DNA from: Treponema sp. | Lineage (GTDB): Bacteria; Spirochaetota; Spirochaetia; Treponematales; Breznakiellaceae | Reading direction: 5' to 3' | Assembly: GCA_031276615.1 (NCBI GenBank) | Contig: JAISND010000129.1 | Span: 1 to 27,077, forward strand | Length of the DNA stretch: 27,077 bases | Shown here: one piece after another, positions 10,431 through 18,413 of the stretch | Position numbering within the stretch: the stretch's first letter is position 1 | Layout: each line of letters opens with the position of its first letter | Made by a program: the position numbers and the translations under genes | The notes under the pieces: model-generated | Database searches by the model: none | Told to the model about the DNA's origin: nothing | The model's input: only the letters and a program-made list of their open reading frames with translations

Positions 10431-13400
10431 TTAGAAATTACTTCCCGACTTCGAAATCAGCTCTTCGTCCTTTTCGGTCAGCGGTATCTGTTTGCCCTTG
10501 GCGTCGAAGATCGTCAAATCAAGGGCCAGCCCCCGCAGTTCCTGTACCAGTACGTTAAACGATTCCGGTATGCCCGCGGTGGTTGAAGGCTCTCCCTTCA
10601 CAATGGCTTCGTAAATTTTGGAACGGCCGGTCATATCGTCGGACTTGATGGTCAGAAGTTCCTGCAGGGTATTGGCCGCGCCGTAGGCTTCCAGCGCCCA
10701 GACTTCCATCTCTCCCAGGCGCTGTCCGCCGAACTGCGCCTTTCCGCCCAGAGGCTGCTGGGTCACCAGCGAATAGGGGCCGGTGGAACGGGCGTGCATC
10801 TTGTCGTCAACCAGATGGTGGAGTTTGAGGAAGTAAATAATCCCGCAGAAGATGGGGTTGACAAAGGGTTCGCCGGTTCTGCCGTCCCTGAGCAGGGTTT
10901 TGCTGGTAACGGGTAGTCCCGCTTCCCGAAGCTTCTCTTCAATCTGTCCGGTTGAAGGCGACTGGAAAACCGGCGTCGAATACCACTCGTCCAGGGTGGA
11001 GCCCGCCCAGCCCAGCTCCGTTTCCAGAAGCTGGCCGATATTCATGCGGGAAGGAACGCCCAGGGGCGTAAGGCAGAGATCCAGGGGCGTGCCGTCCTCC
11101 ATGTAGGGCATGTCCTCCTCCGGAAGGATCCGCGCGACAACGCCCTTGTTGCCGTGGCGGCCCGCCATCTTGTCGCCCTCACGGAGTTTGCGCTTGGTGG
11201 CGATAAGCACCTTTACCACCTCGTCAACGCCGGGGTTCAGATCGTCGCCTTCGGTACGCTTGAGCCGCTGAATGTCGATGATCGTTCCCTCTATGCCGTG
11301 GGGCACTTTAAGGGAAGAATCCCGGACTTCCTTGGCCTTTTCGCCGAATATGGAGTTGAGCAGTTTGAATTCCGGGGTGGTTTCCGTCTCGCTCTTGGGC
11401 GTCACCTTGCCTACCAGGATGTCGCCGGAACGCACCTTGGCGCCCACCCGGATAATGCCTTCGCCGTCGAGGTTGTCAAGGCTCTTTTCCGACGTGTTGG
11501 GAATGTCCCGGGTGATCTTTTCGGGGCCCAGTTTTGTCTCCCGCACTTCGGTAAGAAATTCCTTGATATGGATTGAAGTGAACATGTCGTCCTTCACCAC
11601 GCGCTGGGAAATAAGAATGGAGTCTTCGTAGTTGTAGCCGTTCCAGGGCATAAAACCCACGAGAATATTCCTTCCCAGGGCAAGCTCGCCGTTGTGGGTG
11701 GCCGGCCCGTCGGCAATGACCTGGCCGGCGCTTATTTTTTCACCGACCCTGACAATGGGACGCTGGTTGTAACAGGTGTCCTGATTCGTCCTCTGGAACT
11801 TTACCAGCCTGTATACGTCGTTGCCCTCTTCATTGATTGTCGCCTGGGCCGAAGGCCTGGCGTCGCCCGGCTTGTCGGGTTTGATGGTAATTTTATGCGA
11901 GGTAACCCTGACAACCGTTCCGCCGCGGCGGGCCTTGACAAGCACGCCGGAATCGTAGGCGCATTTCCCTTCCATTCCCGTGCCGACCCTGGGGGCTTCG
12001 GGAAACACCAGGGGCACCGCCTGGCGCTGCATGTTGGAACCCATCAGCGCCCGGTTGGCGTCGTCATGCTCCAGGAAGGGAATAAGCGAAGCGGAAACCG
12101 AGATGATCTGTTTGGGAGACACGTCCATGTACTGGATATCCTCGGGCGTGCGGGTGGTGTAATCACCCTGGCGGCGGCAGGAAACCTGATCGTCGGCGAA
12201 GCTGCCGTTGTTGTTGAGTTTTGCCGAGGCCTGGGCAATGTAGTAACGGTCCTCGTCCATGGCGGAAAGGTACTCGATCTCCCTGGTTGCCACCCCTTTC
12301 GCCACCCTGCGGTAGGGGGTTTCCAGAAATCCGTATTCGTTGACCCTTGTGTAGTTCGCCAGCGAAACGATGAGGCCGATGTTCGGACCTTCGGGAGTCT
12401 CAATGGGGCACATGCGGCCGTAGTGGGTGTAGTGAACGTCGCGGACTTCGAAGCCGGCCCTGTCGCGGGAAAGGCCGCCGGGGCCAAGGGCGTTGAGCCT
12501 GCGTTTGTGGGTCAGCTCCGCCAGGGGGTTTACCTGATCCATGAACTGCGAAAGCTGGCTTGACCCGAAAAATTCCTTTATGGCGGCAACCACCGGTTTT
12601 ATGGAAACAAGATCCTGGGGCTTGATGGTATCGGTCTCTTTAAGGCTCATCCGCTCCTTGGCAATCCGCTCCATCCGGCTGAAGGCGGTTTTCATCACGT
12701 TCACCATAAGCTCGCCCACCGAGCGCACCCGCCGGTTGCCCAGGTGATCGATGTCGTCCTGGTTTTCGTCGCCGGCATGCACCTTGATGAGGAATTTCAT
12801 GGTGGCGATAATGTCCTGTCTGGTCAGGGTAAAGTCTTCCAGGGGCGGCTTGAAGTCGAATTTTTTATTCAGCTTGTAACGTCCCACCTTGCCAAGGTCG
12901 TAACGGCGGCTTGTAAAAAACATTCCGGTAAGATCCTTTTCCGCGGCGTCAACCGTGATGGACTCTCCCGGCATCAGTATCGAATACACCTCAAGTAGGG
13001 CGTTTTCCTTCGAAGGTTCATCCTGATCGGCATCCTTCTTGATGTATTTGATCTCCTCCCGCTCAAAACAGTTAAGGAGTATCGTGGAATTGAGGGAATC
13101 TTCAGCCTCGAAATTGATCACCTCAATGGATTTGATCCCGTTTGCCAGAAGCTCATCCACATTATGGGGGTGCAGTTTTTCGCCCGCCCGGTAAAGTTTC
13201 TTCCTGCCGCCGTTTCCGTTTTCCGCCGCGGCCTTTCCGCCTTTCCCGCCGCCGCCTTCGCCCTTAATCCAGACCGCGGAAGCCAGCACCCGCCCGGAAA
13301 TTTTCTCCCTTGTCTCCCGGTCATCCTTGACCTTAAGGGTATCGATCCGGTAAAAGCAGCGGATGATCTCTTCCCTGGTTTCAAACCCCAGGGCGCGGAG

Positions 13401-14006
13401 GAATATGGTTCCCAGTATCCGTTTTTTCCGGTCTATCTTCGCGTAGATAAGCTCCCGCTTCTGGTCGATCTCGAATTCCAGCCAGGAACCGCGGTAGGGA
13501 ATAATGCGCGAAGAGTAAATTCCTTTTTCGTGACTGAAGATTACGCCCGGCGAACGGTGAATCTGGGAAACGACTACCCGCTCCGCGCCGTTTATGATAA
13601 AGGTACCCCGCTCGCTCATGATCGGAATATCGCCCATATAAATATCTTTCTGGCGGATTTCCCCGGTCTGCTGGAAGATAAGATTCACCCGCGCCTTAAG
13701 GGGAACCGCGTAGGTAATGCCCTTCTGTTTGCAGTCCTGCTCGGAAAATTTGACGGCCTCTTCATCCAGGGAATAATATTCGTATTCAAGAACCATATCC
13801 CCGTTGGGACTCTCGATGGGGAAGGTTGACCTGAAAACTTCCTCAAGGCCGTATGCTTCGGGCTTCTCTCCGCCCCTGATCTTTTCGCGCTGCAGGAAGC
13901 GTTCGTAGGAACGAAGCTGGATATCGATAAGATCCGGCAGTTCCATCACGTCCTGAATGTCTTTCCCGATATAGATTCGTTTGCTGGCTGATTTTCCCTT
14001 TGTCAT
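10431..14006 (-). CDS. rpoB: DNA-directed RNA polymerase subunit beta
   Basis: [50 protein letters not shown]; ATG at 14006 with a GAGGGG SD preferred over the GTG at 14021. Confidence 0.99.
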   Translation of the reverse strand: MTKGKSASKRIYIGKDIQDVMELPDLIDIQLRSYERFLQREKIRGGEKPEAYGLEEVFRSTFPIESPNGDMVLEYEYYSLDEEAVKFSEQDCKQKGITYAVPLKARVNLIFQQTGEIRQKDIYMGDIPIMSERGTFIINGAERVVVSQIHRSPGVIFSHEKGIYSSRIIPYRGSWLEFEIDQKRELIYAKIDRKKRILGTIFLRALGFETREEIIRCFYRIDTLKVKDDRETREKISGRVLASAVWIKGEGGGGKGGKAAAENGNGGRKKLYRAGEKLHPHNVDELLANGIKSIEVINFEAEDSLNSTILLNCFEREEIKYIKKDADQDEPSKENALLEVYSILMPGESITVDAAEKDLTGMFFTSRRYDLGKVGRYKLNKKFDFKPPLEDFTLTRQDIIATMKFLIKVHAGDENQDDIDHLGNRRVRSVGELMVNVMKTAFSRMERIAKERMSLKETDTIKPQDLVSIKPVVAAIKEFFGSSQLSQFMDQVNPLAELTHKRRLNALGPGGLSRDRAGFEVRDVHYTHYGRMCPIETPEGPNIGLIVSLANYTRVNEYGFLETPYRRVAKGVATREIEYLSAMDEDRYYIAQASAKLNNNGSFADDQVSCRRQGDYTTRTPEDIQYMDVSPKQIISVSASLIPFLEHDDANRALMGSNMQRQAVPLVFPEAPRVGTGMEGKCAYDSGVLVKARRGGTVVRVTSHKITIKPDKPGDARPSAQATINEEGNDVYRLVKFQRTNQDTCYNQRPIVRVGEKISAGQVIADGPATHNGELALGRNILVGFMPWNGYNYEDSILISQRVVKDDMFTSIHIKEFLTEVRETKLGPEKITRDIPNTSEKSLDNLDGEGIIRVGAKVRSGDILVGKVTPKSETETTPEFKLLNSIFGEKAKEVRDSSLKVPHGIEGTIIDIQRLKRTEGDDLNPGVDEVVKVLIATKRKLREGDKMAGRHGNKGVVARILPEEDMPYMEDGTPLDLCLTPLGVPSRMNIGQLLETELGWAGSTLDEWYSTPVFQSPSTGQIEEKLREAGLPVTSKTLLRDGRTGEPFVNPIFCGIIYFLKLHHLVDDKMHARSTGPYSLVTQQPLGGKAQFGGQRLGEMEVWALEAYGAANTLQELLTIKSDDMTGRSKIYEAIVKGEPSTTAGIPESFNVLVQELRGLALDLTIFDAKGKQIPLTEKDEELISKSGSNF

Positions 14007-14062
14007 TACTTTCCCCCTCACGCTTTAAGAATCGCTTTTTTAAATAGTTAATTCCAGGGTTA

Positions 14063-14091
14063 CGATTTCAAAATCTGATATTTTGAAATCG
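14063..14091. repeat. AT-rich palindrome upstream of rpoB
   Basis: cgatttcaaaat-ctgat-attttgaaatcg, perfect 12-bp arms. Confidence 0.75.
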
Positions 14092-14156
14092 CCCCGGTTC
14101 TGTCCGCCAAGCCGCCCGCTTTGCGGACAAGCCGTCCGGCTGCCGGGCAGGTCAGT

Positions 14157-14208
14157 AAAACACAAAGATCGCAGAGAACAGACTCTTTCCCTGTCCTCTG
14201 CGATTTTT
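14157..14208 (-). terminator. Intrinsic terminator/attenuator between rplL and rpoB (possibly bidirectional)
   Basis: 14-bp stem atcgcagagaacag / ctgtcctctgcgat with one wobble or mismatch; the minus strand continues CTTTGTGTTTT, the plus strand TTTT. Confidence 0.65.
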
Positions 14209-14302
14209 GAGTAAAACCCGCGCATCTGAGGCAAAGCCGGCGGCCAGGCCCCCGCGGTTTCTTTTCCCTGTCCCGGCCGGGGCCGGGAACAACACGCCCC
14301 TG

Positions 14303-14689
14303 TTACTGAATCTCAACGGTACCGCCGGCTGCAGTGACGGTTTCCTTGATTTTCGCGGCCTCTTCCTTGGAAACATTTTCCTTGAGGGGCTTGGGCGCCC
14401 CTTCGACAAGGTCTTTGGCTTCCTTGAGGCCAAGGCCGGTAACGGCCCGGACTTCCTTGATGACCGCAATCTTCTTGGTGTCGTCAAAGGCTTTAAGAAT
14501 GACATTGAATTCGGTTTTCTCCTCCGCGGCTGCCGCGGGAGCGGCGCCGCCCGCGGGAGCAACGGCCGCCACTACGGGAGCGGCGGCGGAAACGCCGAAT
14601 TTTTCTTCCATCGCTTTAACCAATTCCGAAACTTCCAGAACCGTCATGGAAGCAATTGCCTCCAAAATCTCTTCTTTCGTAGCTGCCAT
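14303..14689 (-). CDS. rplL: 50S ribosomal protein L7/L12
   Basis: [19 protein letters not shown], Ala-rich hinge, [25 protein letters not shown]. Confidence 0.99.
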   Translation of the reverse strand: MAATKEEILEAIASMTVLEVSELVKAMEEKFGVSAAAPVVAAVAPAGGAAPAAAAEEKTEFNVILKAFDDTKKIAVIKEVRAVTGLGLKEAKDLVEGAPKPLKENVSKEEAAKIKETVTAAGGTVEIQ

Positions 14690-14865
14690 GTTATCTTCTC
14701 CTGTTACATAATTACGCGCTTCCTACAAAGCGCGTCCGGGCGAACCCGGTTATAAAACCCGACAGGACAGCAGCTTCGGACTTTGTCCGATGAAGCCTGA
14801 AGGGCGAAACCAAAACCGGATGTCCTGGTTTCCCGGGGTCTTTTCCGGAACCCCGTATTTTTCTT

Positions 14866-14905
14866 TAGACTTGTCCGGAAACTTCGGTTTCCGGACAACA
14901 GCCGC
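14866..14905 (+). repeat. MITE-end/REP-like hairpin related to 1599-1638
   Basis: tagacttgtccggaaac-ttcg-gtttccggacaacagccgc; perfect 12-bp stem with a c(UUCG)g loop on the + strand; 29/40 identical to the reverse complement of 1599-1638. Confidence 0.7.
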
Positions 14906-14917
14906 TTGAAGAAGGCA

Positions 14918-15454
14918 TTAACCGGCCTTTTTGTCGGCGATGGCCTTGACGGTGCGAACCAGCCGCGCCGGCACGTCGTTGAGGGCGGCGGCAAGGTTCC
15001 TGACGGGGCCGTTCATTACCGACATGAGCATGGAGACAAGCTCCAGCCTGCCGGGAAGCCTGGAGAAAGCCTCGGTCTGGGCCGCGGTATACACCGAATC
15101 GCCTACCAGGGCGCCTTTTACCTGAAGGGCGGGCGCTTCCCTGGCAAAATCAAAAAGAATCCTGGCGACCTCGTTCGCGTCCTTTGGCGCGATGGCCACC
15201 GCCGTAGGCCCGACAAGGCAGGACGACACGTCCGGGACGGAAAGCTGCTCAAAGGCGATCCGCGCAAAGTTGTTCTTTACCACCTTGTAATGAACTTCTT
15301 TGGCGCGGAGCTGCGTCCGCAGGGCGGTGATCTGCTCTACCGTGAGCCCCCGGTAATCGGTGAAGATGAAATCCTTTGACTTGCCGAAGGATTCCTTCAG
15401 CGCGTCAATGGCCCTGACTTTACTGTCCTGTATTTTTTTCGCGACTATTGCCAT
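14918..15454 (-). CDS. rplJ: 50S ribosomal protein L10
   Basis: FTDYRGLTVEQITALR, VVKNN, GPTA, LPGRLEL. Confidence 0.98.
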   Translation of the reverse strand: MAIVAKKIQDSKVRAIDALKESFGKSKDFIFTDYRGLTVEQITALRTQLRAKEVHYKVVKNNFARIAFEQLSVPDVSSCLVGPTAVAIAPKDANEVARILFDFAREAPALQVKGALVGDSVYTAAQTEAFSRLPGRLELVSMLMSVMNGPVRNLAAALNDVPARLVRTVKAIADKKAG

Positions 15455-15485
15455 TCTGTTCTCCTGATTAAAAACCCGAAGGTAT

Positions 15486-16166
15486 TCATTCCTCGTCCCT
15501 TACCGAAACCCACACGCCGGGGCCCATCGTAGAGGCTACTGATACGGTCTGAATAAACTCGCCCCTGGCGTCGACAGGCCGCTTTCTTCTAATCTCGGTT
15601 ATTACGGCCTTGACGTTTTCGGCGATCTTCACCGGCTCCATCGAAACCTTGCCGACCGCAAGGTGTACGACGCCGGTCTTGTCCGCGCGGAATTCAACCC
15701 GCCCTTTTTTCAGCTCCGACAGCGCGCCTTTGAGGTCAAAGGTGACGGTGCCGGTTTTGGGATTGGGCATCAGGCCCCTGCGGCCGAGCACCATGCCGAG
15801 TTTGCCGACATCCTTCATCATGTCGGGGGTGGCGACCGCAACGTCGAAGTCCAGCCAGCCGCCTTTTACCTTTTCGATAAACTCCTCGGCGCCCACATAG
15901 GTTGCTCCCGCTTCCTGGGCTTCTTTCTCCTTTTCGGCCTTGCAGAACACAAGGATCTTCTTTTCGCCCCGGAACTGGTTGGGCAGTACCACCGTATCCC
16001 GGACGGACTGGTTCTTCTTGAGGCTCACCTTGACCGAAAGGTCCACGGTCTCGTCAAATTTGGCGTAGGCCAGGGTCTTGACCAGCCCCAGCGCTTCGTC
16101 AAGCTCGTAGGTACTGTCGGGGTTGTACTTCTTGAGGCTTTCCTGGTATTTCTTTCCGCGGCTCAT
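15486..16166 (-). CDS. rplA: 50S ribosomal protein L1
   Basis: [35 protein letters not shown]. Confidence 0.99.
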   Translation of the reverse strand: MSRGKKYQESLKKYNPDSTYELDEALGLVKTLAYAKFDETVDLSVKVSLKKNQSVRDTVVLPNQFRGEKKILVFCKAEKEKEAQEAGATYVGAEEFIEKVKGGWLDFDVAVATPDMMKDVGKLGMVLGRRGLMPNPKTGTVTFDLKGALSELKKGRVEFRADKTGVVHLAVGKVSMEPVKIAENVKAVITEIRRKRPVDARGEFIQTVSVASTMGPGVWVSVRDEE

Positions 16167-16594
16167 TGTTCCACCTCAACGCCCATTGACCGGGCAGTGC
16201 CGGCGATAATTTTCATGCCGGCGCCGACATCGTTGGCGGAAAGATCCGCCATCTTCAACCTGGCAATCTCTTCGAGTTTTGCCCGTGAAATCTTGCCCAC
16301 CTTGGTTTTGTGCGATTCGGGAGATCCCTTCTCCAGTCCAATCGCCTTCTTGATCAGAACAGACGCCGGAGGCGTTTTCAGAATGAAGGTGAAGGATTTA
16401 TCCGTATAAACGCTGATCACCACCGGGATAATGAGTCCCGGTTCCATGCTTTTTGTCCGCTCATTGAACTGCTGGACAAACTGGGGCGCGCTGACCCCGT
16501 GGGGGCCAAGGGCAGGGCCTACGGGCGGGGCAGGCGTAGCCTTTCCCGCCGGGCACTGCAGCTTGATAAAAGCGGCAACCTTTTTCTTTGCCAT
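16163..16594 (-). CDS. rplK: 50S ribosomal protein L11
   Basis: [31 protein letters not shown]; 4-nt overlap with rplA. Confidence 0.99.
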   Translation of the reverse strand: MAKKKVAAFIKLQCPAGKATPAPPVGPALGPHGVSAPQFVQQFNERTKSMEPGLIIPVVISVYTDKSFTFILKTPPASVLIKKAIGLEKGSPESHKTKVGKISRAKLEEIARLKMADLSANDVGAGMKIIAGTARSMGVEVEQ

Positions 16595-16605
16595 ATTTTC
16601 TCCTT

Positions 16606-16664
16606 TGTAGTGGGCCCGGACGCTGCCGGATCTGCGGGGCTGTTAATCCCCTTCTACAATTATA
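16606..16664 (-). promoter_or_regulatory. rplK promoter -10 and putative L1-binding leader
   Basis: TATAAT at 16664-16659 with no clear -35; leader GUAG-AAGGGG...CCCC...CUAC resembles L1-binding rplK leaders. Confidence 0.4.
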
Positions 16665-16685
16665 CTCCGCAAAACGCCGCGCGTT

Positions 16686-17249
16686 TTACAGCTTTTCAAC
16701 CTGCAACAAATCGACCTCTACCGGGGCATTCCGGCCGAAGATGCCGACCATGACCTTGAGCTTGTTCTTCTCCTGGTTGACCTCTTCAATGGTCCCGGTA
16801 AAGGACTCAAAGGGGCCGTCGATTATCTTTACCTGCTCGCCCGGAGAGAAGCTCTGGCGCGATCTGACCGGACGCTCGCCCTTGATCTCTCCGGATTTTT
16901 GCAGTATCGATCTTGCCTCGTCGCCGCTCAGGGGCTGGGGCCTGCGATCCGCGGGGGTACCCACAAAACCGATTACCCCCTGAATCTTCTTTATTTTGGA
17001 ACAGGTCATCTTCCAGCCCGTCTCGGCGTCGGGCAGATCCATCTCCGCAAGGATGTATCCGGGAAGGAATTTTTTGATCATGGTACGCTTCTTGCCGTCC
17101 CGAACCTCTACCACTTCCTCGGAGGGAACCTTGACATCGCGGACAACTTCCCTGTCCAGATCCCCCGATTCGATCATCATGCGGATGGTTTTTTCTATTT
17201 TGTTCTCATATCCTGAATAGGTGTGGAGGACATACCAGCCTGTAGCCAT
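16686..17249 (-). CDS. nusG: Transcription termination/antitermination factor NusG
   Basis: MATGWYVLHTYSGYENK, LPGYIL, KOW motif VKIIDGPFESFTG; start set at MATGW (187 aa), not the longer ORF-track start. Confidence 0.98.
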   Translation of the reverse strand: MATGWYVLHTYSGYENKIEKTIRMMIESGDLDREVVRDVKVPSEEVVEVRDGKKRTMIKKFLPGYILAEMDLPDAETGWKMTCSKIKKIQGVIGFVGTPADRRPQPLSGDEARSILQKSGEIKGERPVRSRQSFSPGEQVKIIDGPFESFTGTIEEVNQEKNKLKVMVGIFGRNAPVEVDLLQVEKL

Positions 17250-17266
17250 TTTTCCCTTATATATTC

Positions 17267-17446
17267 TTAAAATATTGCCCTGATGCCAAAGAGCAGGAGC
17301 ACATCCACCAATCCCAAGGCGGCTGCTACAATTATAGTAGAAATTATAACAACCTTTACCGAGCTGATCACGTCCTCCCTGCCCGGCCAAATTACTTTCC
17401 GGAGTTCGGCGTAAGATTCCTTGATAAATTGAACCAGTTTATTCAT
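17267..17446 (-). CDS. secE: Preprotein translocase subunit SecE (59 aa; not in ORF track)
   Basis: MNKLVQFIKESYAELRKVIWPGREDV followed by one TM helix; GGAGAGG SD upstream. Confidence 0.96.
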   Translation of the reverse strand: MNKLVQFIKESYAELRKVIWPGREDVISSVKVVIISTIIVAAALGLVDVLLLFGIRAIF

Positions 17447-17497
17447 GCCTTCCTCTCCAAACGATATTCATCCCGGCCGGCGGATCTCCCGCCCCGC

Positions 17498-17538
17498 CCT
17501 TCACAGGCGCCGCGTTTCCCCAGGCGCAACAGGCTTCG
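17498..17538 (-). repeat. Duplicate of the tRNA-Trp 3' end and trailer
   Basis: ccttcacaggcgccgcgtttccccaggcgcaacaggcttcg vs 17661-17702 ccttcacaggcgccgcgtttttcccaggcgcagtaggcttcg (about 38/42). Confidence 0.85.
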
Positions 17539-17684
17539 CCTTCCGCTTCTCAGCCTCCTGCTTCGAAGCTCCAGGCCGGGGTCCGCTCCTGACGGGCGCG
17601 TCCGTGCGCCCTTTTCCTCCCCCTGGTCGGCGGAGCAGACCCTTCGAAGCCTCCTGCATTCCTTCACAGGCGCCGCGTTTTTCC

Positions 17685-17757
<73 letters not shown>

Positions 17758-17762
17758 CTTCC

Positions 17763-17936
17763 TTATTTTATCTTTGTCTCTTTGTGGAGCGTATGCTTCC
17801 GATCAAAGGGGCAATACTTCCTGAATTCAAGTTTTTCCTGGGAATTCCGGCGATTTTTCTTGGTGGTGTAATTCCGCCGCTTGCATTCGCTGCATTGCAG
17901 GGCTATCAGCTCTACCGCCTGTTTTTTGCTCGCCAT
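17763..17936 (-). CDS. rpmG: 50S ribosomal protein L33 (57 aa; not in ORF track)
   Basis: [57 protein letters not shown]. Confidence 0.97.
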   Translation of the reverse strand: MASKKQAVELIALQCSECKRRNYTTKKNRRNSQEKLEFRKYCPFDRKHTLHKETKIK

Positions 17937-18013
17937 TTTATTCTCCTACCTTGCTTCAGGCGGACAGGCAAAAACCGCCGCCCTGCGTATCTGGTTTCCA
18001 GGAGGAAACAACC

Positions 18014-18086
18014 AGCCCTCAAGCGGAATCGAACCGCTGACCGCATCCTTACCATGGATGTGCTCTGCCAACTGAGCTACAAGGGC
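18014..18086 (-). tRNA. tRNA-Thr(GGT)
   Basis: Cloverleaf; anticodon arm CATCC-ATGGTAA-GGATG, T-arm AGCGG-TTCGATT-CCGCT; 3' CCA not encoded. Confidence 0.97.
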
Positions 18087-18109
18087 CTGAAATCACCTCA
18101 ATTCTAGAA

Positions 18110-18138
18110 AAGATAACAAAAACAGCGGATTTGGTCAA
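18110..18138 (-). promoter_or_regulatory. Sigma70 promoter of the tRNA-Thr-rpmG-secE operon
   Basis: TTGACC, 17 bp, TATCTT, with an extended TGn. Confidence 0.65.
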
Positions 18139-18198
18139 TAGGCCGCGTTGCCTTTCGTATTGTCTCGCGTTAAATCCCGCCCCGGGGTAAACCGCGCG

Positions 18199-18227
18199 TT
18201 GCATCCCCGGAGATTCTGTAGTAAACT
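18199..18227 (+). promoter_or_regulatory. Divergent sigma70-type promoter
   Basis: TTGCAT (18199-18204), 17 bp, TAAACT (18222-18227). Confidence 0.5.
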
Positions 18228-18413
18228 TTGGCTGTGAGTGTCAACGCCGGCCGCACAGACAGCGTATTCTCTTTCCTTTTCAACCCCGCCGCCCCGGGGG
18301 ACAAAGCCGCATCCCGAACCGAAGCTTAACGCGCCGGGGGCAGGCGCCGGAACAGACGGAAAAAACACCGGCTTCGGAGATTTCCGGGGGTCCGCGGGAG
18401 GTAAACCGGAGCA

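Noticed and set aside
14786-14830. Hammerhead-like core CCGAUGA-A-GCCU/GGGC-GAAAC on the + strand
   Set aside because: U4 is C, no stem I can form next to the core, and the segment folds better as gcttc-ggac/gtcc-gaagc within the repeat.
16686-17390. 234-aa NusG with N-terminal extension (ORF track)
   Set aside because: The extension is an alternate frame of secE; the real start is MATGW at 17249.
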